Shown: piece by piece, positions 10,572 to 19,734 of the stretch | How the letters are laid out: each line of letters opens with the position of its first letter | How positions within the stretch are numbered: the stretch's first letter is position 1 | Origin: an uncultured Aliarcobacter sp. | Lineage (GTDB): Bacteria > Campylobacterota > Campylobacteria > Campylobacterales > Arcobacteraceae | Length of the DNA stretch: 64,000 bases | Reading direction: 5' to 3' | Assembly: GCA_963677435.1 (NCBI GenBank) | Contig: OY781945.1 | Location: forward strand, 1,216,001 to 1,280,000 | The notes under the pieces: model-generated | Seen by the model: only the letters and a program-made list of their open reading frames with translations | What the model was told of the DNA's origin: nothing | The model's database searches: none | Translations under genes and position numbers: made by a program

Positions 10572-12272
10572 ATGAATTTAGAATTAGATTTATCATCTAT
10601 GGCATTAATGATTCCAGGGATAATAATAGTATCTTTAATTACATTAGGGTTAATTTTTACAAGATTATATAAAAGAGCATCAAAAGAGACTTCTTTTGTA
10701 AGAACTGGTTTAGGTGGTGAAAAAGTTATTATGAATGGTGGTGCAATTGTATTACCTATTTTACATGAAACAATTCCTGTAAATATGAATACATTAAGAC
10801 TTGCAGTAGAAAGAGCAAATGAACAAGCACTTATCACAAAAGACAGAATGAGAGTTGATGTTTTAGCAGAATTTTATGTAAGAGTAAAACCAATAAATGA
10901 ATCAATTGCCTTTGCTGCGCAAACTTTAGGTATAAGAACTACTCAACCAGATTTATTAAAAGAGCTTATAGAGGGTAAATTTGTTGATGCCTTAAGAGCA
11001 GTTGCAGCTGAAATGCATATGGTTGAATTACATGAGCAAAGAGTAGATTTTGTACAAAAAGTACAACAAGTTGTATCTGAGGATTTATTAAAAAATGGTT
11101 TAGAATTAGAATCTGTTTCTTTAACAGGGCTTGACCAAACTAATAAAAAATATTTTAATCCAGATAATGCTTTTGATGCTGAGGGACTTACACGATTAAC
11201 TCAAGAGATTGAAGCAAGAAGAAAAATAAGAAATGACATTGAAAGAGATACAGCTGTAGAAATCGAAAAAAAAGATTTAGAAGCAAGAAGATTATCATTA
11301 GAAATTAAAAAAGAAGAAGAGTATGCCGTTTTACAACAAGAAAGAGAAATTGCAATAAGAAGAGCATCTCAAGTTGCAGAGATTGCAAAAGAGGAATCAG
11401 AACAAAGAAAAGAAGCAGAAAATTCTAAAATTTTTGCAGATCAAGAAATTGAACAAAAAAGAATTTCAGCAGAAAAAGAGACAGAACAAGCAAGAATTCA
11501 AAAAGAGCAATTATTAGAAGAAAAAAATATTGAAAAAAATAAATCAATAGAATTGTCAAATCAAGATAGAGAAATAGCAATTGCAGAAAAATCTAAGATG
11601 CAATCTATCGCAAAAGCACAAGCAGATGAAGCAAGAGCAGAAGCAGTAAAAGCAGAAGAAAAAGTTAAAACAGTTAGAGAAACTGAAATTGCAGAAAGAA
11701 CAAAATCAATTGAATTAGTTCAAGCATCACAAGAAGCAGAAAAAGAAGCTATTTCAATCAAAGTTGGGGCAGAAGCTGAAAAACAAGCAGCAGAAGACCA
11801 AGCTGAAGCACAAAGAATTTTAGCACAAGGTTTAGCTGATAAAGCAACTATTCTAGCAAGAAGTGATAATGAAGCAGAAAAACTAAGAGCAGAAGCTAAA
11901 GCAATTCAATATAAAGTTGAAGCTGAGGGTAAAGAGTCTATTAACAAAGCATCAAATATTTTATCACCAGACCAAATTGCAATGCAAATTAAACTAAGAC
12001 TAATAGAGCAATTACCAGAGATTATTGCACAAAGTGTAAAACCTATGGAGCAAATAGATAGTATTAAAATAGTTCAAGTTGATGGTCTAAATAATATTTC
12101 ATCTTCTGATGGACAAGGACAAAATAGTGTATCATCTTCATCTTTACCAGATCAAGTAGTAAATAGTGCACTAAAATATAAAGTTCAATCTCCTATTGTT
12201 GAATCATTATTAAAAGATTTAGGGCTAGATGGAACAAGCTTAAATGGATTAACAAAAGATTTAAATCAATAA
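10572..12272 (+). CDS. yqiK: Flotillin/SPFH family protein
   Basis: FVRTGLGG, LITKDRMRVDV and LELESVSLT..FDAEGL; AE-rich coiled coil. Confidence 0.9.
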   Translation: MNLELDLSSMALMIPGIIIVSLITLGLIFTRLYKRASKETSFVRTGLGGEKVIMNGGAIVLPILHETIPVNMNTLRLAVERANEQALITKDRMRVDVLAEFYVRVKPINESIAFAAQTLGIRTTQPDLLKELIEGKFVDALRAVAAEMHMVELHEQRVDFVQKVQQVVSEDLLKNGLELESVSLTGLDQTNKKYFNPDNAFDAEGLTRLTQEIEARRKIRNDIERDTAVEIEKKDLEARRLSLEIKKEEEYAVLQQEREIAIRRASQVAEIAKEESEQRKEAENSKIFADQEIEQKRISAEKETEQARIQKEQLLEEKNIEKNKSIELSNQDREIAIAEKSKMQSIAKAQADEARAEAVKAEEKVKTVRETEIAERTKSIELVQASQEAEKEAISIKVGAEAEKQAAEDQAEAQRILAQGLADKATILARSDNEAEKLRAEAKAIQYKVEAEGKESINKASNILSPDQIAMQIKLRLIEQLPEIIAQSVKPMEQIDSIKIVQVDGLNNISSSDGQGQNSVSSSSLPDQVVNSALKYKVQSPIVESLLKDLGLDGTSLNGLTKDLNQ

Positions 12273-12297
12273 GTATTAAAGCCATCGGCTTTAATAC
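12273..12297. terminator. Hairpin between convergent genes
   Basis: GTATTAAAGCC-ATC-GGCTTTAATAC. Confidence 0.6.
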
Positions 12298-12321
12298 GAA
12301 ATCGATAATATTTTCAAATTT

Positions 12322-13533
12322 TTACCCAAAAACCTTTTCAATATCATTTACAATAATATTATCAATATAACCTTTTGAACCATGATCTTTTAAAATATTC
12401 ATAGTATCCTTATGGCTCATTCCTTTTCTGTATGGTCGCTCTTCTGTTAAGGCTTGGTAAATATCTAAACAAGTCATAAGTCTTGAATCAAAACACAATC
12501 TTTGGGCATCAAAACCATAAGGGTAACCAGTTCCATCTAATTTCTCATGGTGATTTGCAGCCCATTCAACTATATCTTCAAAGCCGTTTATTTTTTCTAA
12601 AGCTTGTCTTGTGTAATAGGTGTGGCATTTAACAATCTCAAACTCTTTTTGTGTTAAGGCACTTTGTTTATCTAATATTTTATTTGGAACTGCAAGTTTT
12701 CCCAAATCATGTAAATTTGCTGCAATAACTAATCTCATAGTTTTTTCATGTTCATATTTATAATAATTACTCATTTTTGCAACCTTATCACTAAGTCCAG
12801 ATGAATGTCTAGAAGTAAAGGCAGAGTTTGAGTCAATGATGGTACTAAAAATAGAAGAGAGTTTTACTAATTGTTCTAGTTGGATATTCATTGTAAAATT
12901 TTCAATTTTGCTTAAAACTAATTTTTCTAAATTATTAGATTGTAAATCAAACCAAAATGCAGGTTTTTTCACCAAGGTATTAAAATTATTTACTAATTCC
13001 TCAGAGTAATAAATGCCTTTTTTATCATTTATAAACTTAACAATTTTTTCTCTATTTTCAATTGATGGGTTTTCAAAATGAAAGATATTATCAACTGTAT
13101 CAGCAAGTGCAATTATTTGAGCAAGTAGGGGAATTTGTGTATCTTTTAGTTTATAAAAGCCACTTCCCTCGTAGTTTTCATGGTGATATTTTACTATGTT
13201 TTTGTGATTTGATAAAAATGGAAAATCAATAATATTTTTTTCTCCAATTTCACAATGTTTTGTATACTGCTCTAAAATATTATGGTTTTCTTTTTTAGGA
13301 TTATCTTCAAATTCATTAACAGTTGCTTCTTCACTAAGTCCATTGTCATGAAGTATTGAAAATGAGCATAAATCAAATTTTTCTTTTTCACTTAATATAT
13401 AAAAATCTGCCAATTTTAAAGCAATATAAGCAACTCTTTTAGAGTGAAAAGAAGTTGCTCCAAGAGTGTTTATTTCCACAAAATCAAGTGCATCTGATAA
13501 AGCTAAAAGGAATTGGTTTAGGTTAAATTTCAT
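12322..13533 (-). CDS. Tandem HD / HD-GYP phosphodiesterase
   Basis: Two HD motifs (LHDNG, LHDLGK); HHEKLDGTGYP. Confidence 0.85.
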   Translation of the reverse strand: MKFNLNQFLLALSDALDFVEINTLGATSFHSKRVAYIALKLADFYILSEKEKFDLCSFSILHDNGLSEEATVNEFEDNPKKENHNILEQYTKHCEIGEKNIIDFPFLSNHKNIVKYHHENYEGSGFYKLKDTQIPLLAQIIALADTVDNIFHFENPSIENREKIVKFINDKKGIYYSEELVNNFNTLVKKPAFWFDLQSNNLEKLVLSKIENFTMNIQLEQLVKLSSIFSTIIDSNSAFTSRHSSGLSDKVAKMSNYYKYEHEKTMRLVIAANLHDLGKLAVPNKILDKQSALTQKEFEIVKCHTYYTRQALEKINGFEDIVEWAANHHEKLDGTGYPYGFDAQRLCFDSRLMTCLDIYQALTEERPYRKGMSHKDTMNILKDHGSKGYIDNIIVNDIEKVFG

Positions 13534-13578
13534 TGTAATCTCGTTTTTGGTGTATTATAACAGATGTTTTAAGTGATT

Positions 13579-14460
13579 TTATTTATACCTAATTGGCACT
13601 CTAAATTCAATATCAAATTCATCATCTGGATCTAAGTAATTATTTTTATAATACAAAACACTAGCTGAACTTTCAACTGCTTCAAATTCACTACTAGGAA
13701 GCCATTGATAATAGAGTTTTTGATATAAAGTCAAAGCATCTTCACATTTACCTTGAAATCTTATTGTGGCATATAAACCACCTTTGATACAACATAATCC
13801 AATATCACCTTTAGGTTTAATTTTTTTATCTTGTAAATCAACACAAGCAATATATCTATATTCTTCTATATCTGTAATATTTGGATTACTATGATGAATT
13901 GCCATCATTGTTGGCTCTTTTATATTAAACTCTTCTTCTAAAAGAAATAAAAGTTTTTGCCAAGTATTTTTTATGGTTTTATCAAATCCTAGTTGTCTCA
14001 TATATGCGATTTTTATTTCGGGTATTTTTTTTATCTCTATTTTTGAAAAGTCTACTTCTTTTTCTTTTAATTCATACTCTGTTGGTTTATGATTTTTATA
14101 TTTGCCATTTCTCCACTCATTTGGAGAACAATTATAAAGTTTTTTGAATTCATTGCTAAAGGTGGCAGAAGATTTGAATCCACACTCATAAGCTATATTT
14201 GTAATCGCTGATTTTGGATTAAAAACAAGAAGATTTGCAGCACAATGAAGTCTTAAATTTTTTATATAAGTATTAACACTTTTCCCCGTAATCTCTTTAA
14301 ATATTCTTTGAAAATGAAAAGCAGAATAAGATGAAATTTTGGCTAAGTCTTCAATAGTTAGTTTCATTGAAAGATATTTATAAATATGATATTGAACTTC
14401 GTTGATTCTTTGTTTATGCTCATTGGTTGTAACGGTTTTTTTCATAAGAGATAATAACAT
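13579..14460 (-). CDS. AraC/Rob-like regulator with GyrI-like effector domain
   Basis: SAFHFQRIFK and GFKSSATFSNEFKK HTHs; C-terminal GGLYA..WLPSS GyrI-type region. Confidence 0.85.
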   Translation of the reverse strand: MLLSLMKKTVTTNEHKQRINEVQYHIYKYLSMKLTIEDLAKISSYSAFHFQRIFKEITGKSVNTYIKNLRLHCAANLLVFNPKSAITNIAYECGFKSSATFSNEFKKLYNCSPNEWRNGKYKNHKPTEYELKEKEVDFSKIEIKKIPEIKIAYMRQLGFDKTIKNTWQKLLFLLEEEFNIKEPTMMAIHHSNPNITDIEEYRYIACVDLQDKKIKPKGDIGLCCIKGGLYATIRFQGKCEDALTLYQKLYYQWLPSSEFEAVESSASVLYYKNNYLDPDDEFDIEFRVPIRYK

Positions 14461-14483
14461 TTTTTAAGTAGAAAATTATGAAT

Positions 14484-14522
14484 TAGCAAGATAGTATAAA
14501 CATAATAGCACGATTTGATAAA
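14484..14522 (+). promoter_or_regulatory. Tandem marbox/Rob-like direct repeats
   Basis: TAGCAAGATAGTATAAA and TAGCACGATTTGATAAA, 22-bp period, next to a divergent Rob-like regulator. Confidence 0.55.
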
Positions 14523-14587
14523 TATATTCAAACATAATAAAAAGACAAAATCCTTTTTAAATTTTATAATTTAAAAAAGGAGTAAAA

Positions 14588-14722
14588 ATGAGAACTTTAT
14601 TTATATTATTCATTTTTGTAAGTTTATTATTTGCTTTAAAAGTAGGCAATAAAACAAAAGAAAAAGAGTTTAAAACAAAAGAGGATGTAAATCTTATCTT
14701 TTCATCGATAATACAAAAGTGA
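14588..14722 (+). pseudogene. 44-aa ORF with signal-peptide-like N-terminus; small protein or truncated secreted protein
   Basis: AAGGAG RBS, then MRTLFILFIFVSLLFALKVGNK...IQK*. Not in the ORF track. Confidence 0.4.
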
Positions 14723-14767
14723 GAAAATATTGTAAAATAATTCACTAAAAAATCAGGAGGAAAACTT

Positions 14768-15391
14768 ATGCAAAAAACAGTAGGAATTTTAGTTTTTAAT
14801 AATGTTGAAGTTTTAGATTTTTGTGGCCCTTTTGAGGTTTTAAGTGTGACAAGAGTGGATGAATCAAAAAGAGCAGAGACAACTTCACCATTTGATGTAA
14901 AACTAATTGCACAAACAAAAGAGCCAATAACTACAACTGGTAAGATGAAAGTTATTCCTGACTATGATTTTGAATCATGCCCAAAACTTGATATTTTAAT
15001 AGTTCCTGGTGGAATGGGAACAAGAAAATTGATGTATGAAAAAGATGTTTTAGATTTTGTTTCAAAAAAAGCAAAAGAAGTTGAGCTTTTAACTTCTGTT
15101 TGTACGGGTTCATTGATTTTAGCAAATGCAAAATTACTTGATGGAGTTGAGTCTACAACTCATTGGAAAAGTTTGGAACGAATGGAAAACGAATTCAAAA
15201 ATGTAAAAGTCTGTAAAGATAAACATTTTGTAGAAGTTGGAAATATTATCACAAGTGCAGGAATTTCAGCGGGTATTGATATGGCTTTGCATATGGTGAA
15301 ACGATATTTTGGTGAAGAAATTGCAAAAGCAACGGCGAAGCATATGGAGTATCCATATATGATAGAAAATAAGAGGAAAATAGTGTTTTAG
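14768..15391 (+). CDS. DJ-1/PfpI family protein
   Basis: EVLDFCGPFEV, VPGGMG, SVCTGS, TSAGISAGID. Confidence 0.9.
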   Translation: MQKTVGILVFNNVEVLDFCGPFEVLSVTRVDESKRAETTSPFDVKLIAQTKEPITTTGKMKVIPDYDFESCPKLDILIVPGGMGTRKLMYEKDVLDFVSKKAKEVELLTSVCTGSLILANAKLLDGVESTTHWKSLERMENEFKNVKVCKDKHFVEVGNIITSAGISAGIDMALHMVKRYFGEEIAKATAKHMEYPYMIENKRKIVF

Positions 15392-15434
15392 GATGTTTTA
15401 ATATGCTCTCTTTAAGAACAAGTTCTTCGCTTTT

Positions 15435-15627
15435 CTTACTTTTTGGTCTCAAAAAAGTAAGCAAAAAAGACTGCCGTGTTGATGAAGGCAAAGCTTCCTA
15501 AGATTTTAGTCTTTTTTTTCTGCGTTGCGGAACTCGTCGAAAAAGTGCATTTAGCACTTTTCTCTCCTCAAACAGTCCTCACTTTTCACCGAAAAAAAAG
15601 CCTAAAATCTTAGCTTCATCAAAGGCA
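15435..15627 (+). repeat. Structured intergenic element copy 1 (small hairpin plus long nested stem-loop)
   Basis: CTTACTTTTT/AAAAAGTAAG hairpin; nested pairs CTGCC/GGCAG, TTGATGAAG/CTTCATCAA, CTAAGATTTTAG/CTAAAATCTTAG, CTTTTTTTTC/GAAAAAAAAG, AAAAGTGC/GCACTTTT; AACTCG and CTCAAACAG motifs. Confidence 0.7.
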
Positions 15628-15745
15628 GAAATTCCTAGTGTTCAAACTATCTTTTGTTAATAAAGTAATAAGAAATTCAGAATAAAGAAAATCAAAAATG
15701 CAAATGTCCTTATCCCATATTCCAACATCTACAGAAGCTGAGCGT

Positions 15746-15913
15746 TTGTTTTCTCTTTTCGAAAAGTCTTGCAACTGTTTGAGTAAATAAATATGCTGGG
15801 AGCATATTTATTTACGAGTTTTGCAAGACAGAAAAGATAAAACAATAAGTGAAGGAATCCAAAGGGCATCGAAGCCGTTGGTGGTTTTGCTTACTTTGTC
15901 CATACAAAGTGAG
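15746..15913 (-). repeat. Structured intergenic element copy 2 (inverted relative to copy 1)
   Basis: Minus strand reads ACTTTG..CAAAGTAAGCAAAA ... GTCTTGCAA-AACTCG-[14-bp stem]-CTCAAACAG-TTGCAAGAC; same architecture with different stem sequences. Confidence 0.7.
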
Positions 15914-15959
15914 AAGAAATAACGACTTTTTATTTTCATTAAAACTTGTTTTTCAATAT

Positions 15960-16289
15960 TTATAAACCATCTACAAGTATAGTAATAGAAGTGGAACATA
16001 TTATTTGTTCTTGAAGTTTTGTTATATAAGGCGTAGCTTTGTTATCTATTTTTACTAAAGAATCACCATCATATTGAGCAGAAATTATTTTCTCAATTTG
16101 CTCTAATAATAATTTAAAACATTCTTCTGCTGATGAACCTGATATTTGTGGTAAAGTTGAAAAGCTTCCATTTGTGTTATCTGAATAAACAAAACAAATA
16201 TAACTTAAATCATTTATTCTTTGTAGTTCGGCTTTTGCAATGTGGCCACTTATTGTTTTAAAATCTATTTCTTGAACTATTGGTATCAT
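15960..16289 (-). CDS. Hypothetical protein
   Basis: 109-aa ORF with AAGGGA RBS; no recognised motif. Confidence 0.6.
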   Translation of the reverse strand: MIPIVQEIDFKTISGHIAKAELQRINDLSYICFVYSDNTNGSFSTLPQISGSSAEECFKLLLEQIEKIISAQYDGDSLVKIDNKATPYITKLQEQIICSTSITILVDGL

Positions 16290-16465
16290 TTATATCCCTT
16301 TTCTAGATGATTATTATTAAATATAAATTCTATATAAAATACACTTAAAAGTATGAACTACATATAGTTAGAAAATTAATAAAACATAACAATCTGTAAT
16401 ATTTTAAACCCAAAATTATCTTTTACGATATAGTTCAAAATCAATTAATTTCAAAAGGTATTTTT

Positions 16466-17323
16466 ATGAATAATATATCTAATATTGTAGTTTATAATGA
16501 TGGTGAATTGGAACTAAAAGTTTCAGTAAATATTGAAACTGTATGGCTAAATAGAACTCAACTATCTGAACTTTTTGGTAGAGATGTAAAAACTATTGGT
16601 AAACATATTAATAATGTATTTGAAGAAAAAGAGTTAGAGAAGATTTCAGTTGTCGCAAATTTTGCGACAACTGCATTGGATGGTAAAACATACAATGTCG
16701 AATACTATAATTTAGATGTTATTATCTCAGTAGGATATAGAGTGAAATCTCAAAAAGGTGTTAAGTTTAGGCAATGGGCAACTACAATTCTAAAAAATTA
16801 TATTCAAAATGGTTATGCAATAAATAGCGATAAAATTACAAATGAAAGATTTGTTTCTTTAGAAAAAAATGTGAATATTTTAAAAAATAAAATTGATAAT
16901 ATCTCAGCTAAATTTGAAGATAATAGTTTGAAAATCAAACAAGGTATTTTTTTTGATGGGCAAGTTTATGATGCTTATAGTTTTGTATCAGATTTAATAA
17001 AAAAAGCAAAAGATGAGATAATACTTATTGATAATTACATTGATGATACAACTTTGACACTTTTCTCAAAAACTCCTCAAATAAAAGTGACAATATTTAC
17101 AAATACAATTTCAAAGCAACTTAAACTTGATTTTGAAAAGTATTCAAAACAGTATGATAATATTACTTTAAAAACTTTTCAAAATTCACATGATAGGTTT
17201 TTGATAATTGATAAAAAAGAGATTTTTCATATAGGTGCAAGTATCAAAGACCTTGGCAAAAAATGGTTTGCTTTTTCAAAGATAAACCTTGATATTGATG
17301 ACTTAATAAAAAAACTTAATTAG
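16466..17323 (+). CDS. RhuM-family DNA-binding protein with C-terminal PLD-like domain
   Basis: YYNLDVIISVGYRVKS..FRQWAT; C-terminal IDNY..HDRFLIID..HIGASIKDLGKK. Confidence 0.8.
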   Translation: MNNISNIVVYNDGELELKVSVNIETVWLNRTQLSELFGRDVKTIGKHINNVFEEKELEKISVVANFATTALDGKTYNVEYYNLDVIISVGYRVKSQKGVKFRQWATTILKNYIQNGYAINSDKITNERFVSLEKNVNILKNKIDNISAKFEDNSLKIKQGIFFDGQVYDAYSFVSDLIKKAKDEIILIDNYIDDTTLTLFSKTPQIKVTIFTNTISKQLKLDFEKYSKQYDNITLKTFQNSHDRFLIIDKKEIFHIGASIKDLGKKWFAFSKINLDIDDLIKKLN

Positions 17324-17330
17324 GAAAAAC

Positions 17331-18416
17331 ATGGCAGAACAACTAAAAAATTTATATTCAAAAGAGTTTATTTTAAAACTTGCAAATAAACTTTTTTTGA
17401 CTCATGAGAACTTTGAAAAAGAAAATTTTATAAACTCTATTTTTGATAACACTTGGGAAAATTTAGAACTAAAGATGCGAATGCGACATATTGCTCTTAC
17501 TTTAAATAAATATTTACCTTTTGCATACAAAAAACAAGTTGAGATTTTAAAAGAGGTAAAAAAAGATTTTGGTGGCCTTGAAGCTATGGTTTTTCAAGAT
17601 TTTGTTGAGGTTTTTGGGCTTGATGATTTAGAAGAGTCTTTAAATGCTTTAGAAATTTTTACCATTGATTCTAGTAGTGAGTTTGCTATTCGGCAGTTTA
17701 TTTTAAAATATGAAGAAGAAACTATGCAGCAAATGAAAATTTGGAGTCAAAGTTCTAATGAGCATTTGAGAAGACTTGCCAGTGAAGGTTGTCGTCCAAG
17801 ACTTCCTTGGGCTGTAGCACTTCCTTTATTTAAAAGAGACCCAACAAAAGTTTTAGAAATAATTGAACTTCTAAAAAATGATAAAAGTTTGTATGTGAGA
17901 AAATCTGTTGCAAACAATCTAAATGATATTTCAAAAGACAATCCAGAACTTGTAATAGAGTTTGTAAAAGCAAATCTTGGAAGTACAAAAGAGCTGGATT
18001 GGATTTGTAAACATGCATCTCGAACACTTCTAAAAAAAGGCGATAAGCAGATTTTAGACTTGTTTGATTTTTCTAAGTCAAATCATATTAATCTCATAGA
18101 TTTTTGTTATGATAAAAGTGTAAATGTAGATGAAAATTTGACTTTTTCCTTTGAAATAAATTCAAGTGAAAGTATTGGAAATATCAGAGTTGAATACGCT
18201 ATTGATTATCTAAAATCAAACAAAACTCACAATAGAAAAATCTTTATGATAAGCCAAAATGAGATAAAATCATCTTCAAAAAAGTTTACAAAAAAACAGA
18301 GTTTTAAAAATATGACAACACGAAAACACTATTTAGGAAAGCATTTTATTACAATTTTGATAAATGGTGTTGAAGTTTTAAAAGAGGAATTTTACTTAAA
18401 TGACACCAGCGATTGA
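17331..18416 (+). CDS. DNA alkylation repair protein (AlkC/AlkD-like HEAT repeat)
   Basis: [38 protein letters not shown]. Confidence 0.85.
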   Translation: MAEQLKNLYSKEFILKLANKLFLTHENFEKENFINSIFDNTWENLELKMRMRHIALTLNKYLPFAYKKQVEILKEVKKDFGGLEAMVFQDFVEVFGLDDLEESLNALEIFTIDSSSEFAIRQFILKYEEETMQQMKIWSQSSNEHLRRLASEGCRPRLPWAVALPLFKRDPTKVLEIIELLKNDKSLYVRKSVANNLNDISKDNPELVIEFVKANLGSTKELDWICKHASRTLLKKGDKQILDLFDFSKSNHINLIDFCYDKSVNVDENLTFSFEINSSESIGNIRVEYAIDYLKSNKTHNRKIFMISQNEIKSSSKKFTKKQSFKNMTTRKHYLGKHFITILINGVEVLKEEFYLNDTSD

Positions 18417-18867
18417 TTTACTTAAAAAAAACAAATGTGATTTTAAAATACACAAATATGACCACGACCCAGCTTGTACAAATTTTGGTGATGAAGCTGT
18501 GGAAAAACTTGGCCTTGATGCTGCGCAGGTTTACAAAACTTTACTTGTGGAACTAACTCCAAAAGAGTTGGCAGTTTGTGTTTTGCCTGTTTCAAATCAG
18601 TTAAGTCTAAAAGATGTAGCAGCTGCTTTTGGAGTTAAAAAAGCAGCAATGGCAAATAAAGATGAAGCTCAAAAAGTAACTGGTTATTTACTTGGTGGAA
18701 TATCACCTTTGGGACAAAAAAAGAGACTAAAAACTGTTCTTGACCAAAGTGTTAAAAACTTTGATACTATCTTTATTAGTGGTGGTAAACGAGGACTTGA
18801 TATTGAGGTTAAACCCCAAGATTTAGAGAAGTTATTAAGCGCAAAGATATATAAAGTTACAGTTTGA
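18400..18867 (+). CDS. ybaK: Cys-tRNA(Pro) deacylase
   Basis: [35 protein letters not shown]. Confidence 0.92.
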   Translation: MTPAIDLLKKNKCDFKIHKYDHDPACTNFGDEAVEKLGLDAAQVYKTLLVELTPKELAVCVLPVSNQLSLKDVAAAFGVKKAAMANKDEAQKVTGYLLGGISPLGQKKRLKTVLDQSVKNFDTIFISGGKRGLDIEVKPQDLEKLLSAKIYKVTV

Positions 18868-19009
18868 TAATATTAGCTTTTTTAAACAAGACAATAGAAA
18901 TATACTAGCATTGACTGATTATTTTATTTTCTTTTTAATATAACTTTAAGTTATGATTTAGGGATTAAGTTTAGATTAGTTATAGTTATAAAAATATAAA
19001 GGAGTTCTT

Positions 19010-19219
19010 ATGAGTAAGTTAAATAAGGGTGAACCAAGTTTAGAAAAAATTGATGATTATAATGGGAATGAATCAAAACAAAAAAGAAATACTATAAGAC
19101 TTGTAGTAATTTTATTATTAGTTGTTGGTGGAATTTTCGCCTATTTAAAAAGCACTTCAATTCCGACTGATTATGTTGGAACTCAAGAGCAATCAAATGT
19201 TGAAATTATTAAAAAATAA
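19010..19219 (+). CDS. Small single-TM membrane protein
   Basis: AAGGAG RBS; EPSLEKIDDY followed by one hydrophobic helix. Confidence 0.7.
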   Translation: MSKLNKGEPSLEKIDDYNGNESKQKRNTIRLVVILLLVVGGIFAYLKSTSIPTDYVGTQEQSNVEIIKK

Positions 19220-19235
19220 AAGGAAATAAAAAATA

Positions 19236-19718
19236 ATGAAAAAAAGATTGATGGTTATGTCATTAGTATTAAGTTTTTTATCATCATTAAACGCAAATGA
19301 ATTTGATACAAAAGTATCAGTTGGGGCAAGTGCCGCTAAAATAGATGGAGACAGTTACACTCAATATGGTGTTGGATATACATCAAATACAAGATTAGAT
19401 AATGGAATTATTTTAGGTTTTGGGAATAGTTTATCTTATGGTAGTGCAAAAAATGGTGTTGAAGTAATTAGTGGTGATATGGATTTAAGAGCTGGTTATG
19501 AAATTGTTGAGAATTTAACTGGTTTTGCAATTGGAACAGGTGTTGCTCAAAGTGTTGATAGTGGTTCAGCTGTAGGTCTTGGGTACGGTGGTTCTTTAGA
19601 GTATAGACTATCTTCAAATGTTGCAATTGAAGGAAGTTATAAAACTGTTTCAATGAATGACTCGCCAAGGGATTATGATTATGATACATCAAATCTTGCA
19701 GTAAAGTTCAACTTTTAG
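19236..19718 (+). CDS. Small outer-membrane beta-barrel protein
   Basis: Signal peptide, alternating beta-strand pattern, C-terminal Phe (VKFNF). Confidence 0.75.
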   Translation: MKKRLMVMSLVLSFLSSLNANEFDTKVSVGASAAKIDGDSYTQYGVGYTSNTRLDNGIILGFGNSLSYGSAKNGVEVISGDMDLRAGYEIVENLTGFAIGTGVAQSVDSGSAVGLGYGGSLEYRLSSNVAIEGSYKTVSMNDSPRDYDYDTSNLAVKFNF

Positions 19719-19734
19719 AAGTTGAACTTTATTT

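Noticed and set aside
11200..11950. Repetitive GCAGAA/GAAGCA-rich sequence
   Set aside because: Explained by the Ala/Glu-rich flotillin coiled coil; not a DNA repeat element.
14557..14745. 62-aa minus-strand ORF
   Set aside because: The opposite-strand 44-aa ORF has the clear RBS and signal-like sequence.
15249..15999. Short ORFs 15249-15491 and 15808-15999 on the minus strand
   Set aside because: They overlap real genes or the structured elements, lack an RBS or motifs, and are likely spurious.
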